Virus record (IMG/VR): IMGVR_UViG_3300027736_000035
Coordinates: 20,994-84,993 of that record
Reading direction: 5' to 3' (one strand)
DNA: 64,000 bases
Origin: a virus
Within the stretch, counting starts at the first letter, position 1. Each line of letters begins with the position of its first letter. The notes under the pieces are model-generated. The model was not told the origin of the DNA, did no database searches, and was given only the letters and a program-made list of their open reading frames with translations. Both the position numbers and the translations under genes were made by a program. This document shows positions 57,937 to 64,000 of the stretch, one piece after another.

Positions 57937-58864
57937 GATAATTATCAAAACCTTCTGCCACATCAATCTGGGGATCGTATCCTAACACAGCTCTAGCACG
58001 ATCTATGTTTAATGCACCACGTGACGGAAAGTCTGCGTCTTTGTCACGCAATTCAATACTGCCATTGGCTACAATTTTAACAATCATTTCAGCAGCCTGT
58101 AACAAGCTCACACTGTGACTTTTTGTGATGTTGAATGTTTGATTGGCAGCAGCCGGCACAAGTGCGGCAGCCACAATACCATCAGCAGCATCATCCACAT
58201 AAGTGAAGTCTAGTGTTTCGCCTGCTCCATTAACTCGGAGCACTCCGCCGCGCATTGCTGTGAGCATGAATTTTGATACGACTCGGTCTTCAACATCAAG
58301 TGGCCCATAAACAGCACTGGGGCGGATAATAGCGTGATCAAAACAACCACGGCGAGTATAATCTTTAACAAGGTCTTCTCCTGCAAGTTTCATTATGCCG
58401 TACTGCCCTTGCGGCCTACATACAGCGTCTTCGGTCACATCATTCGTAAAGTTACCGTACACCATACTGCTGCTGATATAAACAACTCGTTTCACATGGT
58501 GTTTTTTGGCACTCTCGAGCACATTGATCAATCCCTCCATCATGACTCTAGCACCCCACGCAGGGTTGGCATTTACAACTTTCTGTCGGGGAAAGCTAGC
58601 CATATGTATCATGACCTCAGGCTGTTCCATCTCAAATATATCGTCAATGGAGTCTTTATTACAGATGTCTCGATTGTACAAGTGCGATGGTGATAGCTGG
58701 ATTTTTTTCAATCTCTCGACGATCAAGTAATCAAGTTCTGCTGGTGGAATCATTCCATACGTGGTGCGGTTGTCAATCACGCTTGCTGTATGGCCTTGCT
58801 GTTGTAGTCGTGTGACCACATTGTGCCCGATCAGCCCAAGACCGCCTGTGACCAGTATATTCAT
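57890..58864 (-). CDS. NAD-dependent NDP-sugar epimerase/dehydratase (extended SDR)
   Basis: ILVTGGLGLIG, SSSMVYG, YGIMK (YxxxK), RPSAVYGP and DFTYVDD. Confidence 0.92.
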   Translation of the reverse strand: MNILVTGGLGLIGHNVVTRLQQQGHTASVIDNRTTYGMIPPAELDYLIVERLKKIQLSPSHLYNRDICNKDSIDDIFEMEQPEVMIHMASFPRQKVVNANPAWGARVMMEGLINVLESAKKHHVKRVVYISSSMVYGNFTNDVTEDAVCRPQGQYGIMKLAGEDLVKDYTRRGCFDHAIIRPSAVYGPLDVEDRVVSKFMLTAMRGGVLRVNGAGETLDFTYVDDAADGIVAAALVPAAANQTFNITKSHSVSLLQAAEMIVKIVANGSIELRDKDADFPSRGALNIDRARAVLGYDPQIDVAEGFDNYHAWFKNSLYWAPKTI

Positions 58865-59136
58865 TTTCCTGCCCATTTCAATTTATAAAACATGTAGACC
58901 TTTTCATCCATCACAGTAAACTTACCATGTAAACGATCCCAATAGCAACCATCTACAAATTTTCCCGGCGCCCCGTATGTTTTTTCTAACCACTGACACT
59001 CTTCGTCCTTGAGTTTTTCGTCTGACCTATACAAATACACAGGCACAAATTCTGTGCCATTCCAGATTTGTTTTTTCACAGGAGGACGAGGAACTGCGTC
59101 GCGCTCGTCTAGGAATTCAATTCGTGGTGATAACAT
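58861..59136 (-). CDS. Small hypothetical protein (C-terminal FYKLKW)
   Basis: Coupled ORF in the minus-strand operon. Confidence 0.6.
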   Translation of the reverse strand: MLSPRIEFLDERDAVPRPPVKKQIWNGTEFVPVYLYRSDEKLKDEECQWLEKTYGAPGKFVDGCYWDRLHGKFTVMDEKVYMFYKLKWAGK

Positions 59137-59455
59137 ATTTCAGTTTGTAAAAAGTTTGATCTGACTCTTTCATGCGTGCCATGATAGCAAATTCAAATCC
59201 GTATGTGGCATGATCAACTATGCGTACCCACCAAGGAGGTTCCACAGCATGCTCCATCACAAATTGACCGGCTTCAGTCTGTTGCCATTCGTATATGGGT
59301 TGAGCTGCGTACAGCACAGGATCTTCAACATCGCCCATGCGGAATCGATGCACCAGCAAGTCAGAAATTGCCACAGGCCGGCCGTTGACTATCTTGGTCT
59401 GTCGTGGTTTTTTGTGTCGGTTATGTTCTTGATCTAGATCGCGTAAAATGGCCAT
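59117..59455 (-). CDS. Small hypothetical protein (C-terminal FYKLKY)
   Basis: Coupled ORF directly downstream of a sigma70-type promoter. Confidence 0.65.
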   Translation of the reverse strand: MAILRDLDQEHNRHKKPRQTKIVNGRPVAISDLLVHRFRMGDVEDPVLYAAQPIYEWQQTEAGQFVMEHAVEPPWWVRIVDHATYGFEFAIMARMKESDQTFYKLKYVITTN

Positions 59456-59460
59456 GTGCT

Positions 59461-59489
59461 AGTATAGCATGCCATTTAGTTTTTTGCAA
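59461..59489 (-). promoter_or_regulatory. Sigma70-type promoter (leaderless)
   Basis: Minus strand TTGCAA-17 nt-TATACT, with ATG 59455 five nt downstream. Confidence 0.6.
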
Positions 59490-60147
59490 CCAACTTGGTT
59501 GCCATAGGAAAGATTTTGGCAATCACTTGAGCACATGCCACAGCCACTTGTTGATGTTCTTGTTGTGTGCCATTGGCACTGCGTAACTGAACAAAGTGTA
59601 TCCAACTGCGTAGTGTACCGTTCATGTACAGTCTGCTGACTGTGTTGCCTTCGGGCAATATGGCTCTGGCTTGTTCTTTGGCTATGCCTAATTCTATAGC
59701 TCTGGCATAGTGTTTTTGTGCCAACATTATTACTTCTTGTTGAGCACTATCCCACCACAGTGCTAGATCTTCGTTGTTGGTTTCTATACTGTTTTGTCTG
59801 TTTCGAGTGTCTTGTAGTCTAGCGGCTCGCCGTACAAAGCTGAGATCCTGCGTTGGATCAGCATAACGTTGGCTAAACTCTTGGAAACTGAAACTTCTGT
59901 GTCTAAGGATCTGTCTTGCAATATCTCTTGTGGTGGTAATTTCAATGCAGGCCGAGACCATTTCAAGTGGACTCCAGTGTTGGTGCTGGATGAGGTATTG
60001 AATAAGTCTCTCTGAAGTTTCTGTGTTGAATTGATTGGAGGGATTGCTAACACGGGCACAGTATGCAATGAGGTCTTGTGCATCTTCAATTCCCATGCTA
60101 GCAAATTCTTCAGTTGGCTGGCTGTGACTGAGCAGTCGTACATTCAT
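59476..60147 (-). CDS. thyX: Flavin-dependent thymidylate synthase
   Basis: HWSPLEM, RQILRHRSFSFQEFSQRY (ThyX motif), AKEQARAILP and TQQEH. Confidence 0.95.
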   Translation of the reverse strand: MNVRLLSHSQPTEEFASMGIEDAQDLIAYCARVSNPSNQFNTETSERLIQYLIQHQHWSPLEMVSACIEITTTRDIARQILRHRSFSFQEFSQRYADPTQDLSFVRRAARLQDTRNRQNSIETNNEDLALWWDSAQQEVIMLAQKHYARAIELGIAKEQARAILPEGNTVSRLYMNGTLRSWIHFVQLRSANGTQQEHQQVAVACAQVIAKIFPMATKLVAKN

Positions 60148-60446
60148 AGGTCTTTTAATAGCTTGTCTGTTTCTGGCTGCACCATGTTGGCCACAGCACT
60201 GACGTCGACCACAAAGTCAACGTCACGAACCGAGTCACCTAGATCGGTCAACGTGCGGTTGAGAGCAATTTCAATTTGGTCTGTGTCCAGTCCCTGACGC
60301 CGTAGTGTTTGTAAGTTGATGGTTTTTTGTTTACGACCATCAATTTTTATAACAACCTTCTTGATACACTCAAGTGGCACTTCGGTCATGGACACTTCAT
60401 TGATAATATGTTCCCATCGTTCAAGAAATTCATCACTGAACGGCAT
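60144..60446 (-). CDS. Hypothetical protein
   Basis: 100-aa ORF coupled to thyX. Confidence 0.65.
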   Translation of the reverse strand: MPFSDEFLERWEHIINEVSMTEVPLECIKKVVIKIDGRKQKTINLQTLRRQGLDTDQIEIALNRTLTDLGDSVRDVDFVVDVSAVANMVQPETDKLLKDL

Positions 60447-61179
60447 CTGAAGTCACTGGCTTGGCTTTTGCAGGACGACCTTTTTTGGGTGCAACAGGTG
60501 CAGCAGGTACAGCGACAGGTGCAGCAACAATCATTTCAGGGCCATTTCTCACACCAGGATACATGCGTTGAGCATCTTTCTTCATGCGAGCAGCTTCTGA
60601 GATCATGCTCTTGGCTTCAACCTCCATGCGTTTGGCCTGAGCCAACATGTTGTGAGCCAGGGTTTTGTCATCCAACGCACCATCCGAGCTGGCCATCAAT
60701 GGAGCCACAGGCGGCGTTACTGTGCCACGTTCTTGACTGCGTTTGTATTCAGCTTCAGCCTTGCGTTTCTGTGCAGGATCCACAAACCCAGTGTTTTTGT
60801 CAATGTCTTGTAGACGCTTGAGAGCAGCATCTCCGGATTCCATCTCACGGATGATTTTGTTCATTTCATCCAGCTTGACTGAGCTTTGGCTGGTGGGTGT
60901 GACAATGATCTGTGCTGTGGGTACTTTCTTGATCATACCTTCTTTGTGCAATGCTTCCAATTGTCCACGTCCATCGGGCAACAAGTTTCTATGCAGCACT
61001 TCGCTCAGCTGTGTTGCTGCCTGCCCAGGTGCGCTTTCCAGTGTGGTCATAATGCTGTTATGAATATGAGTGGGCAATGTGTCTGGATAAATCACCAGGC
61101 ACATGTGTTCCTCATTTGGCACTTCTCTGAATAATATAGCAACCTTGCGATCACCGTGACGTCCGATATGTTTAAGCAT
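60433..61179 (-). CDS. Hypothetical protein with coiled-coil and basic C-terminal tail
   Basis: Likely start is ATG 61179 (MLKHIGRHG), preceded by an AAGGAG RBS. Ends in a PKKGRPAK tail. Confidence 0.7.
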   Translation of the reverse strand: MLKHIGRHGDRKVAILFREVPNEEHMCLVIYPDTLPTHIHNSIMTTLESAPGQAATQLSEVLHRNLLPDGRGQLEALHKEGMIKKVPTAQIIVTPTSQSSVKLDEMNKIIREMESGDAALKRLQDIDKNTGFVDPAQKRKAEAEYKRSQERGTVTPPVAPLMASSDGALDDKTLAHNMLAQAKRMEVEAKSMISEAARMKKDAQRMYPGVRNGPEMIVAAPVAVPAAPVAPKKGRPAKAKPVTSDAVQ

Positions 61180-61375
61180 TAGGCTCTCCTTGTGGATTTG
61201 GTTGCTCGGGAACAGGAGCAGGGGCACTGGATACTGCTAAGAAAGCAGAGAGTTTTTCATATATTCCTCCTACCAGTGTCATTTCATTGCCACGTATGGC
61301 TCCGCGAGTGATCACTGTATCCAGTATAACTTTGATTGACGCTAGGTCAGCAATGGTTAGTTGTTTGTCGTTCAT
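61172..61375 (-). CDS. Small hypothetical protein
   Basis: 67-aa ORF (LTIADL..I....RGA....E...VG..Y.KL..FL) behind a TAAATA motif. Confidence 0.65.
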   Translation of the reverse strand: MNDKQLTIADLASIKVILDTVITRGAIRGNEMTLVGGIYEKLSAFLAVSSAPAPVPEQPNPQGEPNA

Positions 61376-61380
61376 ATAGA

Positions 61381-61386
61381 TATTTA
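61381..61386 (-). promoter_or_regulatory. Late promoter-like motif (GTAAATA)
   Basis: Minus strand GTAAATATCTATATG: TAAATA five nt before ATG 61375. Confidence 0.45.
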
Positions 61387-61387
61387 C

Positions 61388-61426
61388 AAAAGAAAACCTC
61401 CTAAGATAAATTTCTTAGGAGGTTTT
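61388..61426 (-). terminator. Rho-independent terminator after the VWA gene
   Basis: 14-bp perfect stem AAAACCTCCTAAGA/TCTTAGGAGGTTTT with a 6-nt loop, followed by CTTTT on the minus strand. Confidence 0.8.
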
Positions 61427-61443
61427 GGCTAAATTTGTTTTGC

Positions 61444-62748
61444 TTATTCGGCGTCGTCGTAGTAGGCATATTGCCCCCAGGGCGGAACAATGGTTGTGGT
61501 ACCATGCAAGATCCAAACTGTATCTGCATAGTTCTCATCGCCCCAGCTGCCCCAGGGATAACCGTCAGTGAACACAACCAGGCGCTTGGGTTCGATCTCG
61601 TTGTCTTTTAGGTATCTAAAAATTGCATCAAAATCAGTACCGCCGCCGCCCTTTACTTCGTAATCACGGATGTCATCCAGGTTCTCCGAATCGTACTGTT
61701 GCGGATTGTAGCATTCGGTATCAAATGTCACCACATGGATTTTGTAAGCAGGGAACGACTCCATGATATTGGCAGTCTCACTCAAGATGTCTTTGAGCAT
61801 GTTTTCATTCATTGAGCCTGAAGCGTCAATAAACAGTGCAATATCAATCATGGGATCCAACTTCATGCCAGGCATCACAGCGTCCATGTGCCAACCTTTA
61901 CGGCTGGCTCGCATCCAGGTGTAATCACTCTTGATTGTGCTCTCCAATTGCATACGCAACAGTTCGCGCCAGTTCATCTTGGGCTCAGTGAGATCTTGGA
62001 TTATGCGCCTGACACCAGCAGGAATATTGCCAGCACCATCCACAGTAGCCGCAGCCGCCAGCATGGCTTCTTTGATTTCGTCGCGGATGGCTCTGCGTTC
62101 TTCTTCGCTCAGTTTAGGACGGCCTTTGCCGTTGCCTTCACCGTCGCCTTCACCGTCAGCATCGCCTTCGCCATCCAAGTGCTCGTCGATCATCTTGTCA
62201 ATGAGATCACTCATGTTGAGTTTCTTGGCATTTTTCATCAAGTCGTCAAACACTTCTTCCGAGCTCATGCCATCATACTTGGTGTCGTACAAGGCAGGCA
62301 CTGTGGTGATCAACTCGCCCACCTTGTGTTTGACCAAATCGCCATTCACACAAAAGTCATTGGCAATATTCCAAATCTGCGGATCACGATCTCCACGACG
62401 TCCAAAGTGATCATAAACACAATGCAGTACCTCATGCCCAAACAAGAATTCAATCTCTTTGGTCTTGAGCATTTTGATGAAGCGACTATTGTAATAAAAA
62501 TTACGACCATCTGTTGCCGCAGTACCGCACCATTCATCAGCATTGACCAATTTCAAACGTGTGGCAAGATTGCCAAAGAAACTGGCCTTAAGCAACAGGC
62601 CCACACGGGCTGTGACCAATTTTTCGCGTACCTCGTTGTCTATCTTGGGGTCAGTGGGCCCAAGTAGATTTTTATACTTGTCGGATTCTTTTTTGTTGTT
62701 GGTGGTGCCAGCTGTGGCATACAGTACATTGGGATTGAAAAATTGCAT
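61444..62748 (-). CDS. DUF2201-type metallopeptidase fused to a VWA domain
   Basis: TAATDG, HEVLH (HExxH), WNIANDFCVN, DASGS (MIDAS), GGGGTDF and VFTDGY. AAGGAG RBS before ATG 62748. Confidence 0.88.
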   Translation of the reverse strand: MQFFNPNVLYATAGTTNNKKESDKYKNLLGPTDPKIDNEVREKLVTARVGLLLKASFFGNLATRLKLVNADEWCGTAATDGRNFYYNSRFIKMLKTKEIEFLFGHEVLHCVYDHFGRRGDRDPQIWNIANDFCVNGDLVKHKVGELITTVPALYDTKYDGMSSEEVFDDLMKNAKKLNMSDLIDKMIDEHLDGEGDADGEGDGEGNGKGRPKLSEEERRAIRDEIKEAMLAAAATVDGAGNIPAGVRRIIQDLTEPKMNWRELLRMQLESTIKSDYTWMRASRKGWHMDAVMPGMKLDPMIDIALFIDASGSMNENMLKDILSETANIMESFPAYKIHVVTFDTECYNPQQYDSENLDDIRDYEVKGGGGTDFDAIFRYLKDNEIEPKRLVVFTDGYPWGSWGDENYADTVWILHGTTTIVPPWGQYAYYDDAE

Positions 62749-62775
62749 GACTACTCCTTTTTTGGACATACGTGT

Positions 62776-62804
62776 ATTATAGCATTGGTGCCAATACTGG
62801 TCAA
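62776..62804 (-). promoter_or_regulatory. Strong sigma70-type (early) promoter
   Basis: Minus strand TTGACC-17 nt-TATAAT. Confidence 0.75.
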
Positions 62805-62810
62805 CCAGCA

Positions 62811-63092
62811 CTAGAGATATTTAAGTTGAAACCAAGATAATGCTGACTCATTATAAAAGTCCAGATGAATTTGGTCTTGATAATAACCTCCAACTTTGGC
62901 ACCATCTGCAAAAAAGTTAATCCAATGAGTATGACGGCGGGTTGTGAATCCCAATTCTCTTTTCAATACCCAGGATATGGCAATTGTAGATCCATGCTCA
63001 GATAATATCTTTTGCCATATGTTGTCCCAATGATTAGTATCTTTAAAAATAACAAGATTGGGTTTGACAATAATTTTTTGTTCGGCGGTCAT
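62811..63092 (-). CDS. Small hypothetical protein (C-terminal WFQLKY)
   Basis: 93-aa ORF overlapping the upstream gene by 4 nt. Confidence 0.65.
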   Translation of the reverse strand: MTAEQKIIVKPNLVIFKDTNHWDNIWQKILSEHGSTIAISWVLKRELGFTTRRHTHWINFFADGAKVGGYYQDQIHLDFYNESALSWFQLKYL

Positions 63093-63412
63093 ACATCACA
63101 GATATGGCTCAATTGAAACCAAGCCAGTTCTTTGTCAGAGCTGACATAGATTCGATAATTTCGATATTGAGTTGTAAATGCCCAGTGAAAGTTTATACCA
63201 TCAGCTTGGTCCATTTCACGTGCCTGACCGGCCATCTTTTGCTGCACATCTACTTCTTGACTCCACCCAAAGTTGTTATTGAACCAACGACGGGCACGAT
63301 CAAAGTCCAACGCGCCAGTGCCTTTCCAACCTGCTTTACTGAACTCAATTGAGTATTTGTAAATCTTGCAATAACTATGGCGACGATCTAGTTTGATTAC
63401 TTCGTATTTCAT
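63089..63412 (-). CDS. Small hypothetical protein (C-terminal WFQLSH)
   Basis: 107-aa ORF in the same operon. Confidence 0.65.
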   Translation of the reverse strand: MKYEVIKLDRRHSYCKIYKYSIEFSKAGWKGTGALDFDRARRWFNNNFGWSQEVDVQQKMAGQAREMDQADGINFHWAFTTQYRNYRIYVSSDKELAWFQLSHICDV

Positions 63413-63417
63413 AATTG

Positions 63418-63441
63418 AAAACGGGCCCTAGGGCCCGTTTT
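63418..63441 (-). terminator. Palindromic hairpin/terminator after the AAA ATPase
   Basis: Perfect 24-nt palindrome AAAACGGGCCCTAGGGCCCGTTTT directly after the stop codon. Confidence 0.65.
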
Positions 63442-64000
63442 TTAGTTGCTGCTTTGCAGGATGTACTTGCCGAAACGTTTGTGAAACTCATCAAAGTGTT
63501 TCATCTTGGTTGGCAAGAATGGCAAGTCGTATGTGGTCAACGCAATACGAGCACCCATCACCGTCAGCTCAGTCTCGAAGTTATTCATCATGTAGCTGAG
63601 GAAGTTATCAGCCATCTCGTGGAACTTCTTCTGCTCCACTTTTTTCTCTACTGCATCTTTCAGCTCGTAGCACATGGAAATAACTAGACTGTACATGGCA
63701 CTGACTTCTTTGACATTCAAGTCTTTGACTTTGCCACTCAAGATATCTTCAGGCTTGGGCATGCGTCCTGCCACCTTGCGGTGTGCCATAAACTTCACAG
63801 CAAGTCCTTCACCAACTGTACCTGCTACCAAGTTGGTAATGGTGTCGTCATCGCCGTCGTCATCTTCCAACAGTTCGCTAACGAATGTCCAGGTACGCGG
63901 AGTAGCGAATGCACGGCTTGAGCTTTTGGCATCAAAATCGTACAGGTCTTGCTTGGCAAAACTCAAGTAACCCACAACGTCTTTGTGGATGTTGTTGAGC
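63442..64000 (-). CDS. MoxR-like AAA+ ATPase, C-terminal part (5' partial)
   Basis: Frame is open to the window edge (LNNIHKDVVGYL...). AFATPRTWTFVS sensor-2-like motif. Neighbours a DUF2201/VWA gene, its usual partner. Confidence 0.75.
   Translation of the reverse strand, partial: LNNIHKDVVGYLSFAKQDLYDFDAKSSSRAFATPRTWTFVSELLEDDDGDDDTITNLVAGTVGEGLAVKFMAHRKVAGRMPKPEDILSGKVKDLNVKEVSAMYSLVISMCYELKDAVEKKVEQKKFHEMADNFLSYMMNNFETELTVMGARIALTTYDLPFLPTKMKHFDEFHKRFGKYILQSSN

Noticed and set aside
29389-58864. Island as a captured bacterial O-antigen/capsule locus or host contamination
   Set aside because: No wzx/wzy/ABC exporter or nucleotidyltransferase was recognised. Gene packing and promoter motifs are continuous with the phage genes on both sides, and no integrase or att-like boundary was seen.
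61888-62667. 259-aa plus-strand ORF
   Set aside because: Antisense to the well-supported HExxH/VWA gene.
1-64000. Alternative genetic code or stop-codon readthrough
   Set aside because: Genes are full length in code 11 and end in TAA, TGA and TAG, with tight coupling.

Overview
This window is part of a large T4-like (contractile-tailed) bacteriophage genome read in the standard genetic code. The host cannot be determined from the sequence. It has three parts. (1) 1-29.3 kb, + strand: a baseplate/tail morphogenesis module with a tube-initiator-like gene, gp53-like, hub, gp5-like spike, gp25, gp6, a 5004-aa giant wedge/receptor-binding protein, a tail fibre with a C-terminal autocleaving chaperone, and a Thr-rich virion protein. 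T4-type late-promoter-like TAAATA motifs punctuate it. (2) 29.4-58.9 kb: an almost gap-free ~29.5-kb glycan-building and glycan-tailoring island directly behind the tail genes. It encodes 4 GT-A-like proteins (one a 1326-aa protein with 12 Trp/Pro-rich repeats), 7 paralogous GT-B/GT10-like proteins, 5 N-terminal-twitch radical SAM enzymes, 2 sulfotransferase-like P-loop proteins, a CmcH/NodU carbamoyltransferase preceded by an unannotated 33-aa peptide, an FkbM-like methyltransferase, an amidinotransferase, an SGNH-like protein, a DegT aminotransferase and an NDP-sugar epimerase. This island is the best candidate for an undescribed system: a phage-encoded pathway, with aminoglycoside-like chemistry, for building a heavily modified glycan, plausibly on the virion or the host surface. 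(3) 58.9-64 kb, - strand: small hypothetical genes, thyX, a DUF2201/VWA metallopeptidase and a partial MoxR-like AAA ATPase. I saw no tRNA, rRNA, CRISPR array, integrase or transposase. All family calls come from motifs recognised by eye; no database searches were run.
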